DNA from: Balanoglossus misakiensis | Taxonomy: Eukaryota > Animalia > Hemichordata | Assembly (NCBI GenBank): GCA_040954595.2 | Contig: CM082594.2 | Location: forward strand, 11,288,276 to 11,352,275 | Length of the DNA stretch: 64,000 bases | Direction of reading: 5' to 3' | Shown: piece by piece, positions 40,601 through 54,280 of the stretch | How positions within the stretch are numbered: the first letter of the stretch is position 1 | Layout: the number at the start of each line of letters is the position of its first letter | The notes under the pieces: generated by a model | The model's input: only the letters and a program-made list of their open reading frames with translations | What the model was told of the DNA's origin: nothing | The model's database searches: none | Translations under genes and position numbers: made by a program

Positions 40601-43600
40601 TCAGATTAATGTGCTACAGTTTGTCTTTAGAACTACATGTATGCTCTCGTCTTCTGTGGCGTAGTCGAATTATACCAACTCTCGATTGAGTGTAATGTGT
40701 GCTTATATATGTAGACAGGGCGTTCAAATCTTTGCCAGACTTCATTCGAAAAACTTATATTCGCCACGATTGGACGCTGTATGTTTGGACACTAAAGAAA
40801 ACATAATGCGCATAAACCAAAAACTAGTGACGTTTATTAACTATAGTATTTCAACATTTTACGTATTCTTTCAATCACCACATAACGGTTTTATTACATG
40901 TGTACGTTGAAACATCTGGCATCAATGCAAAGGTATGGTACCAAGGTTAATCAGGCAATTTCCGACTTAACGATTCCGGTCTCCACTGCGGACTCGTAAA
41001 GTTTCCCATTGAGGACATTAAAAATCGATTTGTAATGAATTACTGAAGTTTACTTTTTGTCCTTTCGTCATTTGTCACGTCCGAGGTATATCTGCGGCGT
41101 TGAGAAACGAGAGTTTGGCTTCATGTGGCGAGACCCCGTGCTTAATCAAGTATAACGTATGGTTGCCATCGTTGCATAGTTGATTTCATACCATCTGTAT
41201 TAAAAGAATTAAACTGTCAACCAAGTAATGTCTTAATTACCTCAGATCAAAACTTATAATGACTTTTGTGCACTTTCGATAATAGAGTAAACGTTGCGAT
41301 GTTCCGTATGGTTGAAATCATAATTTCTCATCTGAGTCTGCAACTGTTCTAAGAGATCACGTGTGATTGCGCATGACAACGGTAATCGTACTTTCGCAGT
41401 TTTGTGCACGTCGCAGTTATCTCCAACACAAGCATTAGACGTAGACACGCGTGAGAGCAAATGCATGCGCATAAAACACACATTCCGCGCAACTCGAACA
41501 GGACTGAACACGTCAGACACGCGTGTTACACTCGTAGGTTTCGCGACCAATAGCAAACAGAATCGCCTAGTCAATCTCTGTATGTTCCGAGCAACATGTT
41601 TACAACGATAGGCTTTGTTAAATCTAAAATAACGACACTGAAATCATATTAGGCGACAATCGCAATAATTTTTTACTGAAAATGTGTAAGAGACTGTTTT
41701 GGTCTCATCATCCAACGCAAAAAAATTTGGTGTTACTATTCCAAATAGTATTTTGCCATGTAAACACTGCATCAATTCCGCCCCGAGTTATCTCAGCGCC
41801 AATACACGTATCAGCAATTACTTGTCCAAATTATCCATGTAATATTAGTCTCCGGGAGAAGTCAGTTCCCCGGAGGTAAGACTCTATGTTGGCAAAACAA
41901 AAACGTCCGTGAGAAGAATTGATGGTTCTGCCTCCCTCAAGAAATCTCATATAAATTGATACCTAATTAAATTGGCACTCAAGGGACATACATAACTTCA
42001 ATTGTCAGAGCATGCAAACAAATCTTATCACTACCTGATGTCGTTAAAGTCATACTGAAGCTGTCAATTCTATCGGGAGTCGCTCTCTGCTGAGAGTAAA
42101 AAAGACTCGGGACGTTATACAGGGAGTTTTTACAGTCCGAAGAAAAGTGTACAAATGTTTTCAAGGGCAATTTTTCGTAATTATGGCAGATCGTAGCCTG
42201 CTACTTCCAGTAAAACTAGAATCCAAAACAGATGTTATCAAAGTCTGTCGGCTATGTCTTGAAACGTTGCCGTGAATATTAATGGCAGCCATATTGCTCT
42301 ACAAAGTTTGTTCGGGCTTCTATAAACATATGGTGTTGCTTATCACCACGTGTGCGAACAAGCATGGCCGATTTTACATCCAGCCATTACTCATTTACAG
42401 TAAAAGCAAGGCGCGAAAACGATAACATTTTACTAAAGGAAATGCCACCAGGCATCTTTATGCAATCCGTGTTTTGCCTCTCGAAATGGCTCACATCTGA
42501 AGCATGCATCAAAGTGTCGGTTGCTTTATCTGACACTAATTGCGCTGGTTCGGTTGAAGGCACTGCCAAATGTTCCGTTGACATCGATAAACGATAGGTT
42601 TATAAGATATGATATTTTAAACATCAGCATAAAAGTCAACTGACGTCAAAGCAAGGAAATTCGTACGATGCCATCGGTTGTCCGTTCATAGAAGACTATC
42701 CCTAACACTAAGTGGTCTTCCCCTGTAAAATGCGAATGCTCAGAGTGTTAGGGGACCACAAAAGCACTAACCAACAAAACGTTGCCTGCGGACACGGTAA
42801 AAAAGATAAAATCTACCTCCGTCAAATATGGTGTACAGATCATTTTGAAAAGAGCGTATGAATAATTCTAGTTTCAGTAAAAAAAATTCCCGTAATGAGG
42901 GTTTCGTTTGAAAAGACTCTCCGTTGGCCGCGTTTACCTGTGAGGGATGATCTACCAAGATGCACATTATACATGTACCTGTCGATTGCACGCTGAAATA
43001 TGAGTAACCCCAAATTTAAAGTCTGTCATATGGTAACACTGAGAACGCCACAGAAAAACTCTGCTGGTGCCCCATCGTGGCCTGACGTTTTGGAGTAAAG
43101 TCAGAATGCTACTAACAGTGTGAATTCTCAAGAGAAACCAAGGACGTTGTCAGTGCGGTAATAAAATAAACCAGATTAAGTCTAGACCTGTGAGGCTCTG
43201 GAAACTTTTATCTACGTAATAGGCTAACACACAACCGCGTACATTTCAAGGGTGGCTATTACAACCTGTCTTGAAGTCATCTTAAATAATAGATAGCTAG
43301 CGGAACAACCTGGTGTTTAAATCTAGAGAGGAAAAGTCGCCATGTTATTCCTAATCTGATTAATTTTTCTTCTCCGAGAGAGTTGTTTATGCAACTTTGT
43401 TCTGCTTACCGACACATGCTGAAGTGTCGATCGACTCTGCTTTGATCTGGCCCTTTCATTGGATGTCAAACCTCAGCGACACATTTTCCATACGTACCAG
43501 AAAAAAAAGCACGGCAGTACATGTATATACACGCGCATAGCTTAGGCTTGACGACAACCTACGTATGGATAGGAACATACATTGTCGTACTGAAGTTTTC

Positions 43601-46600
43601 CTCACAGCAGACACCAAATCGTTATATCTGTTAGGAGCTTTGCAGTTTAAAGAGATGGCACAACCGCGTGTAATAACGCGGGTCAGCCAGAAGGGAAATG
43701 TGATTTGGGAGATCTCTTAAAACGAGTCAATGAACGCCCACGTCTCTCAATATAGATTCTGAACCACTTTACAATGAAGCAACTATCCCAAGGACACGAC
43801 AAAATGCAAAAGCCCTTTGTTTCTTGTGCGCGTGCACCCAGCTGGCATTCACTCTCTGACAAATCGGGATCAGTCTTCGGTTTTCAGCTGCACTATGGGA
43901 TATGTCGGCGAGGTGATAATTTTATCCACTGCAGGTGACTCATAAGGGCTTTAAGCGGAAATATCGGGTGTTCGGAATTAGAATTCGGAGTCAAATATTG
44001 ATTGAAACAAATGGGCAAGGGTGGCGTTCCGATGTGTTGATGTCTGCGATTTCACACCATGTGTAAGATAAAAGCAATACGTTTGACGGCAAGCTGGTTT
44101 CTGATAATACGCTTCTTTAATGAATTGATGGAACAGAGTTGCAACTCTCGATCAGTCGAAATTCAGTTTGCATGAATACCCAGAATATGAATATATATAT
44201 TTTTTTACATTTATTGTATCAGACTCTAAGTGTGCTGGAGAAATGTTTGCGCTGTCTTGGCTGAGACAAATATGTAAATTGCTCTGGAAGTTGGATAGCT
44301 GGAATGGCGAGCGGGGTCATCGTTGTGTCACTGTTAATATGCAAACGACGATCTTTTCCCTCATCAAGGTGTGCTTTTAAGGCGATATAGCAGTGTCTCT
44401 GTTATTTATTAGCCGCGGATTCTTCATTTTATTTTCCTAATGCATCGCTTGATAGCCTGTATCGTGCTGCGCTTGCAGTCCACCAAGGACCGCATTGCCA
44501 CGCCGTATTATAATCACCGCGTTGTGGAAACGACCACTCGAGTTCCCGCTCGCTCACACACCCCAAGGAGAATCCAACGTCTTGAGTAGGATGATGCCGA
44601 AAGTAGGAGCTGAGGAAAGTTTTAGTTGCCAGTGCGAGGCATGAAGTACAGCTTTTGCAGTGCAATAAAAGAACAGTTTAACCTCAACTCCCGCAATCAA
44701 AATAAAATTGGCGCGAACTAATATTAGACACGCACGTTAATAAGATAATTTGATAATCCAATACGTCTCCCTCTCATAATATCGGCATTCATATTCGAAT
44801 CCATAAACAGTGAAACCTTTTTAGAAGTGAAAGAAAATTTATGTTCGAAACAACACGTGACAAAAGCCCCAACCATCAAGCACACAGATTTCGTGGACAT
44901 TAACTACTTTGCCGAAAGGTATGAGCTACCGGAAAAAGTAATGGATATTGGAAGTTTTTGCTTCGGTATACGGTTCAACGGATCTGTCGTAGTGTATATA
45001 TTTTGATACAGCGCAAATACGCCGAGAGATACATTGATCATTTTACAACGAATACCGATAGTGACAGCTGAATTTAAAACAGCGAATGTTTCTTCCTAGA
45101 ATTAGAGGTAGCTTTGACGCTGTCGGGATACAGTGACGCAATTGTTGTTCACTTTGTCGCTCAACTGTGACCTATCCATTCACGACCGTCATATCATAGT
45201 CGATCTCATCTCACGTTTACCCTACGAAAGTGCTAATCGGTAGAACGCAGCTATCTTTATCTCCGGGGAGCTATAAGGTATGATAGTCTCGAGCAGTCAA
45301 TGAGGTGACTGTTCTTCCTCCAGTAGACAGAGAAACAAGAAATCTCCGCCGAACAAGTTGTTCTCTTCACATCATGTGACTCATGTAGCCTGTCAGACAA
45401 AATGGTTTAACACTTTCTTTATCTGTTTCCAATAATCATAACGTTGTTTCTACTGACTAAAATGGTTTATGAAACGTATTTAAATACTAATATTCAAATC
45501 TTTTCAACCAGAAGTGTTCCACGTCTTGAAACTTTTACACCATTACACTTCAATACAGTCCTGTCATCCGCTATGGAAACAAATGCTCACAGGGTCAAAG
45601 GTTGTGGTCTGTGCCCGACCCCTCTCCGAGTGCAATATTTTATCCAAAGAGTGGTTTAATTCTTTGGCATTTAACATCGGACACACTCTGCGTTAATGCG
45701 AATCCGTGGGGCACGCTATATACAGCCTTACTTCCTCTGCAACCGAACTCTTACAGACAAAACAGTAAAGAAAAGAACGAGTCTTTGATTGTACAATAAT
45801 TGATTTTAATGAAGATAGGCACAGTCAATTTCAAATCAAAGCATTCCCTTTTTGCTGTTAATAAGTTTCCCCATTTTAAAATATTAATGGTGAAAATAAG
45901 TTTATTGGCAGAGCGCGCCCTTTAATTAGATTTCCAGATGTGTTGACTAATATGAAAAGTTCGAGGGCTACAGTGATTGTGTCGCAAAATCGAGTTTACT
46001 TGCCCTTTTTACTGTTTGATATAACACGGAATTTATTATAATCTGATATCCTTGCCGATATTAGGAATTGAAATCTCGTGAGAATAGGACCTGTAAATTG
46101 CGGTAAAATTGTTATCAGATAAAAAACCTAGATTCTTTCAGTACATATGACTGTTTGACATCGTCGATGTTTCATGAATCACTAGATTGACCTGTGCCAA
46201 ATATCAATAGGCTTTCCACAAGTCGCTTTTAATAGATCATTGTTACTTGGCCTTGAGTTTTGAAGCTGATGTCATTTCCATACACGCAGTGAACTCTCAA
46301 AATATTGATTTTTCATGTTAAATATCTAATCGAGATAAGCAAAGTAGGAAGACAAATTTGAATCCCTCCAATCAAAGGCTTTCTTCCAGGTGTATAGGAC
46401 TCGTAATAACTAATGCGAAACAGCCTCTTTGTTTACAAAATGAAATATTGGGGTTTTCTGAAGAAAACAGATCAGACGCGCTTCGACAGTAAATTACGGC
46501 TATAATAGATCAAACTCTAAAGGGATTATCCAAAATGTTTTAATCAATCAGACACAATAGTCGTAAAGGGGAACATGGACTAAGGGAATCTTCAGAGCAT

Positions 46601-49600
46601 AGTCTGTTTGCTTAGATTCCCAAGTCCCCGGTATTAAAATATTAGTCATATCATCCTCAAAATTTCAAATGTAATTCATGCATGGATATGCGTTATCATG
46701 TGGAGTGGTCGTGATAAAGCCCTTTGAACATAAACAGATGAGACGTGTATTGAAATTACATTCACAAAGTTTACTGCATGCGTGTTCCGATAAGACGTAT
46801 TTTCCCGAGACGTGTCTTTTCTCTTATGCATGTTTTAAAATTAATCAAACTAGTTTTAAAATACTCTTCGAATAGTCTCCCTATAAAAAAAATCTCATGC
46901 TTTTGTTGTCGGCGACGGTGTGCGGAAAGGAATTGTTACATCGAGAACGCTAAACAACTAGTTCACTCTGTAACGAGTATCGCGTAGTTTGAAGTTTACT
47001 CCAAAAGGGAGGTACATGTATACACACCCTCCGATATTAAGAAGAGACATCACTGTGGAACTCATAAAATGCCCTTGGGTTTTGCATCATGGGGTTTCAA
47101 ACAGTTAGATATGGTTTCTTATATGGCACTTCTGATTCGATCAGTCTATTCCCTGCGGAGTTGTTATGGTGCTTCGTGAGCAAGATGACTTTAAACGTCG
47201 TGAAAACAGCGTATGAATCTTTTTATGAGCTGGAAATAAACATCTACAGTGCGACTAACCCGACGTAAATTATCCCTTTCTTCCCATATATTTCAGTTAG
47301 TCTAAATCGCTCCACAAACACACTACAATGGCGGAAAGGTTTAGATGTCAAACGGATTTAAATTCAAGATCAAGCTTGCACGATTAAATGTAAGAACTCA
47401 TAAAGCGCAAAATGCGACTTTCATCGAATGCATTTGAGATATTATCAAAAACCGAAGATGTCTACTGGAGAGTGTAAAAAAATCTTATTGCCTACCTCGA
47501 TGGTTTAGTCTTTCGAATCTTCTTGACACGAGAAGTAGTCCTTTACTAGAAAGCGGAGGTCTCAAACTATGAACAGAGCTCAACGCATGCCCTATTATAT
47601 GGTTTCTACACCTACCAGAGCTCATTAACTTATTGACATAGCTTATGCGACAGTATTCATAAGGCCGGCGTTTTAATATTACGTGTTGACTAAACGACTT
47701 GACTTCCCACGGTTGCAATGCTTTAATTGCTCGCCTTTCTGCTCCTTTCCCATACAATTCTCCCTTGTCTAAACAGTAGTCGCGCAAAATAGCATGAAAT
47801 TGCTCATTTACAGCGTGGGAAAGAGATTAAAGACAGGTGTCCGCAGAAATTGTAAAATAAATACTCATCTCTAGTACTCGAATTTTGAGCTGCGTGACTG
47901 AGAAATCGTAGTGGACGTTTCTCTTCCGTTGCATCCATCAAACAAAAAATAGTAGAAGAAAAGTATACTTACTTAAAAGAGGAAATGCGCACTGGTCTTA
48001 GCAGCAAATAAATGTCCGCGAGATCTTCAGCTACGAACTGATACGTACACCTTTCGCCAGCCTTTTTATGTTTGTGCGTGTGGATAAAGCCAAGGAAATC
48101 AGTAATTTGTTGCCATGGAAATGGCATAATTTGATCACGAGAAAACAATGAAGGTGGGTGGATCCCTGAATAGATATGAGGTAGTAAGGGGACTAGAATG
48201 TCGAGACGTCATTCATTTATTGCATTAGTAAAAATCATGTCTTTTAAAAACATTTTTGTAGCTCTTCTTGAAGACGACGCGAGTCTTTTTACTTGTGCAT
48301 TATGTGTATTTTAAGTATATTCATATTGTAAACAGCCCTTATGAAACTTTATATCGCACTATATAGTATGACGGTGGTGTTTTTTTTAAAAGACTGTACA
48401 TCGGTGTACTTATCTGATCAGATTTGTTACAAAAATTCCATGTATGAAACTATGAATGTTTTAGTACTGAGGGCTTTACATGAATCCAGCACAACGTCAT
48501 TTTTTATGTCGTCCGGATCATTCTTGACGTCAGCGATGTCTAAACGTGTGTTCCATCTAACTTGACTGCGCAAGCACAGTTGTAACGGTCATGCGCACTC
48601 ATATCGGCCTGGCATCGCACATGTTTGGCAATTTCAGCGAAAAAACCTACAAAAAATCCATGCTCTGAAAAAGAACTCACTCCAAACTTAATGAAACCGC
48701 TCTGGCATAGGTGTAATGCTTACATGGATTGAAGTTGAAAATCTGATTGTGAAGAAGTATCTACTAATCGTGTTAGGTAATGAGTATCGTGTTGACAGAC
48801 TGACGGAAAGTTATGTTAATTGGAATGACTATTAGAACGAGTACGTCATCAATGGTGTCATTTCATACAGCAGTTACCGGTTATCGATCACCGGAAGTGA
48901 AACCTGCTCTAAAATTGCATTTACACCCATGTCTCCGAATCTCCACCACGTAAATTATTTGTGAAATTCGTGGGATGTGACGTATGCCGCTGAGGTTATT
49001 TGAAGAATACCTGTTTTATGTATGAGTTGTCCTTTAGATAGTGGAAGTTAATGATGGCGACAGAACGTGGTCAACAGTTATCATAAACCGGTTGATGAAA
49101 CCATAATTGCTCTATGGAGCTCCTGGAGTCTAGTTGATGATGTCAATTTAAAAACCGGTATAGTTTACCTCTGAGCAAATTCGATAAATTACAATAGTAA
49201 TTCAACCACTAGTTTTTCTTACTTAAGTCCAAAATTTGAACTACCTGTTTGAGACACAATTTCGATATTGCGATATTGACATTTCAAATCTTCAGATTAG
49301 TGCTTTTAAACATAAAATTTATGAACTATTTGTGATATTTGTTATACTGTTTATGTTAAAAAAAGCGATGAATGCACGATAAAATTGGCCAATGTTGAAT
49401 ATCCTATCCTGTGCCCCCTCAATCTTTCCAATCACCTCCGACTTAAAACAACTTAATTCAGCTTAGTAAAGCACCAGATAGTTTGTACCAATTATAATGT
49501 AATGATTTGAAATGCATTGGTTGGTGAAATGGTTGTCATGGTTTCATCGTACGTAATACTTTGAAAAGCTTTGGACAAAACTTGGCAACGACACAATTAG

Positions 49601-49607
49601 TGCAACA

Positions 49608-49646
49608 TTGCCCAACAACTTTGCCCCACAACTTTGCCCAACAACC
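49608..49646 (+). repeat. 13-bp minisatellite, 3 copies
   Basis: ttgcccaacaact / ttgccccacaact / ttgcccaacaacc. Confidence 0.85.
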
Positions 49647-51659
49647 AATCACAGCGCAGACAGACGAGGTTGGCGACCGTATGGAATAACCCCGTGATGA
49701 CTTTGGCGTCATACATGTGTTGGATGGCGCAACATTTGCATATGTTTCATCATGTGAATGTTTGAAGCGTACGTTCTTTCTGCCCCCCCCCCTCCCAAGA
49801 CGTGCAATAATTAAGCAGCCAATCGTATACAACCAGCCTTTCTTTCAAGACAGTGCCAATCGATACCATTGCCATCTGAAACTGCGATTGGACTTTGTTG
49901 CAGGCTAAAGATGAACGTGTTCATCGAATGCCACGATAACCTGTTCTGCCATTTCTGGACTCTGCATAAGACGGGTGTCTTTGTGGGTGCAAGGCTAGAT
50001 GTCAAATTGCTTCATTATCTCTTTGCATATTGTGCCCTTAATGGCCTTGTTGAACCAAAGATTTGTAGAGTTCAGGAAATTTGAAGAGTCGACATCCTTT
50101 GACTTGCAAATTCAATCCCACTTATAGCCTGTCAACTCCCCGGTCTAACCTTCATGCAGTGGTAATATGTAGTGGTAATCAGATCAGGACCCACGTGAAG
50201 TTTTCAAACTGACGCATTCGTGGTGGCATGGCTGCAGTCAATTACAATAGAAGAACATCTGGCTTTGACGACAGTCAAATGTGCCTCATCAAATGTCTTC
50301 AGAAGTAGGCCTTAATTCTCCCAAGTATTATGTGGGATCCCGAACTGTGTATTTATCACTCCCTGGCACTTCCAATGTTAAACTATTTATTTCTTGCAAG
50401 TTCACAGAAGTCCAGACTATGGCCTTTCAAGTCTGCAGAAGCTCTGATAGTTAAGTGAAACCATGGGGTATCAACGAGGTAATCATAAACTAAATCAACT
50501 CTGCTTCGGATCAACACATAGCCAATTCCACTTTGATATGACAGGTCTAGGTCAGAATTGGATTTGAACTTATGAATATTCTGCTTGGGCACACTTTATA
50601 CTTGGAAATGATAAAATAAATGGAAATTATCAGTGCTAACATTTGTAACGAAAAACCAAAATTTACAAATGATTAAAATTCATAAGACAAATTATTATCT
50701 CGTTAAACGGCATTTAACTTTTTTGAGAATCTGTTCTACCTTAGTTTACAAGTCACGTTTCTTGTTTGGATTTGTATAATTTTTGAAAAGCCGTGTGAAC
50801 ATCAGTTTGACTGGGAATTTACACGGGGGATTTGGACGGATGTGTTGCCCAGTTGCTCAAATGAATATGACCCAATAATCGCGCATTCAATATTTAAAGA
50901 TTGTTATGGTTAGCGTGACAAGATTGTATTGGCTGGATGCATGTATGTATGGGAGGGGGCAAGACATGTCATAAATACATGAAGAATGGTAAATTATTTA
51001 TTTTTCCAATCTTACACAAACAATATGATATCAAAACAAGTCCGATTAAATCGTTGTCAATCGAGGTAAGCGGGTTATGGTGTCAGAGAAAAAGATAGAA
51101 AAATGACAATTACAACAACTACATCTTTTACAAAATCCAGGCAATGGCAAAGGGTGTCTGGGAATTGGCAATCATGCAGTTTAGTGTAACTCGGCTAAGC
51201 CATCAAATACCTGGCTTGTGTCAAAGCCTGTTACTCATCATTTAAGTAACAGAATTGTTGAATGCAAGATGTATGTATCTTTCATGGAAATTTTACCAAC
51301 AACTGTGAGTGCGTTTTTTTGCTATATGCATATATTGTCCACAACCCTGTACATGCCGCTTCGTCTTTGCGCAATCTCGCAGCTTGATACCGATTAGCGA
51401 TACACTAAAAGAATAAGATGTTAAGCCGCCGTGACATTTGTATATTGTAAGACCTCCAAGGACTGTTCTCATTACGAATGTCGCTTTAATGCTGACTTTA
51501 TTGAATAACTCAGCATCACACACTGTTATGCAATGATTCATGTATGCAGAAATACTTCCAGTGTCAAATGTCAACCAGCTGAGATCTGACGTGAAATTAT
51601 TAGACTGAGAAGGCGTAACACTTCACTCAAAATGCACAGTGTACACGTAATTGTTCAGA

Positions 51660-52220
51660 GGTGCATTGGACGTCAAGTCTTGCCGCCCACAGCTATGGAG
51701 GCTTTCGATCACAGGTCAACATCTGCCTCTGTCATGTTTGCAGTCATCGACACATCCACCGCCTCCAAACTTCTCAAAGCACTTTGCCTATTCGTGCACT
51801 TGACGTCTGAATTCATTTCCATCAGGGATATCTTCGGAATGAAAAGAAGTATATTGAGATCCACAAAGTCATACTTTCCATGCTCTGCTGTTGGAAACAT
51901 ATATACGAGTATAACTTCTTCTGATAACACAGCACACTTAACAATCGTCAAAGTTCAAACATTGATATACAGCTGTATCGTCTACAGAGAACACTTAAAA
52001 TCTTTCAATGTTATCTCAGTTAGGAATCATTATTTGCATGCAGGGACCAAACCTTTCCTCATCTGTGTTTCGAACTGGTTCCTTTTTGATATCATGTCTA
52101 AGATGATACTACTAACACCCATGCAAGAAGCAATGTTAATGTACCATGTATAGAGACACCGAGACAGTATAATGTCCACAGCCAGATGGTTCATTGTTAC
52201 ACCTAATATATTGCCCAATG
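51660..52220 (-). pseudogene. Probable decayed tandem death-domain gene fragment
   Basis: With stops and frameshifts: LSRCLYTWYINIASCMGVSSIILDMISKRNQFETQMRKGL, then RAWK...LNILLFIPKISLMEMN...RQSALRSLEA...IESLHSCGRQDL. These match the death-domain pattern W..LA..LG....I..I...Q...L..W...L..AL...GR.DL by eye. Confidence 0.42.
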
Positions 52221-54209
52221 TAGTGTATTTCGTAATAGATGTTTCTTGTCAGTGGTTGAAAACTTGATGTAGACTCGCCTGTTGCCCTAGCAACCATGCT
52301 GGAGGTTTTTAGAACAGCCCAGTGCCTTTTCACCAAGGTTACGCGGAATCGCGACGTTGCGCTGGTAACAGTATTCTCTGTGTCTTTTATTGATAACAAA
52401 ATTTAAAAGAGACAAAAGGGGTTACTGTTTAAAACACTTTAACGTAGTTCCAGTTAAATAAGCACCATCTGATGTACTTTTTTGGCATTGACGGCACAAG
52501 AGGGTATGACTTCTCGTCTCCTAAAGTGTAGAATGGAAACATCAGTAAAAAGTGTGTAATACAACTGAGACTGCTCCATATTAAACATTCGAGTCTGTTG
52601 AAGAAAACTACGAAAAGACTTTCTATGAAATACAACGTCTCATTTGCAATCTACACTATAAAATTCTACATGATATATATCATTTTAATCAAATGTCAGC
52701 AGTTTTGTTTCCTTATATTCTATTCAGCTTGATAGATATTCGATAAGGTTATGGCTATACCCTTAGGAATATTCGGAATTCGCGAAGATCTCTTGGGTAC
52801 AGAGGCAGCGGGCCAGATTTATTAAGTCTAGGGCAATCGCAGACATTTATTGTAGCCGAGTATAATACTCGTTATTATCATGGACGATGGCGTGTTAATA
52901 CTTGTTCTTTGATGTTTCTGATCGATCGACTACTAATGCGACTATTTGTTTAGGAGTCAGCACGCAGCCTTAGCGGAAGCGGGCCGTTAATGGTACCGTT
53001 TCCCCATTTGTTCCATCATGGGGTCGTTGTAACTGGGTGGGATTACGTGAAGGGAATGATTCGTGAGAGTTTGAAAGGTCTGTACCGCTACGTATATACC
53101 AACTCGCTGAGACAAAATTGAACACGAAATAGCGACGTTATAGTGAATGAATGGGGGGGGGGAATACGTGGGTGGGTGGTTTTAGTTTCTTGGTGAGTGT
53201 GATGGTTGGCGGTTGGAGTAAGCGAAGATCATGGGTTGTTTTTGCATGAATTGATTCGCGAAGACGGATGATAGAGTGGATGATAATAAAAATATGATGT
53301 ATGAATGGACGATCGGGTAAACACTTGCACAATTGTACCACATTGTAAAGCTAATGCATGGCTATCTTGAATGGACTGATATAGTGCCACGTGACTTTAG
53401 TACATGTACCATAGTCGTGCTATAATATTTTACTGTGCGCCTTTTAACTGATAGAAAGTTTCCAGTTTGACTCACTTCGGAACCTTTTAGAATTACAACG
53501 TCATAACCGTTCGCCATTAAAACAGTTAGGTCACGAAATGGTTTGTTCAATGGACACATTGCAAGGTTCGAAGGCGTATGAATATTGTAGTTCCGTCATT
53601 AACATGAAATCAGGAATACCATAGTATTAAACGTGCGTACGTGAATTTCAACTAGCGAACTAAACTTGCTATGCTACAATGGAGTTGTGTACGTTAATAA
53701 TTAATAAATAAGTGCTCGAAAGTTACTTTATGAATGGGTACATCATAATATCGATCGGCGAAATCAAATTTTCATAATGGAGACATGGCCACTATTGCGA
53801 ATGAGATGTCTACTGAATTTTTTATCACGCGAACATTGATTTATATCGATACTTTAAGAAACACATGAAATACAGAGGTAACGGTTTCTTCTCTGTAGTT
53901 TCTCGCGGATTTGTTTACCGCAAATAAACTTTTAATGCAAAGCAGTAAATAACCCAGTGATTAATACACTTTTTACATTCTTTCTTGAAAAATAAATGTC
54001 ACTAATATCTTTACACTGATTCATTAAGAGAAGACACAAGCAGCAGTAGCCTCTAATAAAATAGTGCATATCAGGGCTTCAATGTGATAACCAGAGGTGC
54101 TAACTTCGTCTCATTTCAGGGGTGAACTTAACAATTAATCAGCACAAGCCCATTCTCTGTCAATTTGTCTGTGCTTTATCGTGACAATTGGAGAATTGTA
54201 TGCCCTTTA

Positions 54210-54280
54210 GGGCCTGGACAGAATTAACGGGGGGGGGGGGTGCTGGTATGGTTTAGGAGAGGGTGCTATTTTTCAGACAC
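54210..54280 (+). mobile_element. Truncated end of a MITE related to the one at 9600-9854
   Basis: TTA|GGGCCTGGACAGAATTAACGGGG resembles the TIR GGGTCTGGACAGAATCAACAGGGG. The partner end was not found. Confidence 0.55.

Noticed and set aside
41850-41875. GC-rich hairpin CTCCGGG...CCCGGAG as a possible Helitron end
   Set aside because: No CTRR terminus at the expected distance and no other Helitron evidence.
44429-44665. GC-richer block checked as a possible further peptide exon
   Set aside because: No signal peptide, processing site or bounding splice pair was found.
49608-49646. Short repeats considered as a CRISPR-like array
   Set aside because: Head-to-tail 13-mers without spacers in eukaryotic DNA; a minisatellite.
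51632-52153. 173-aa plus-strand ORF
   Set aside because: No recognisable features; probably the antisense shadow of the minus-strand pseudogene.
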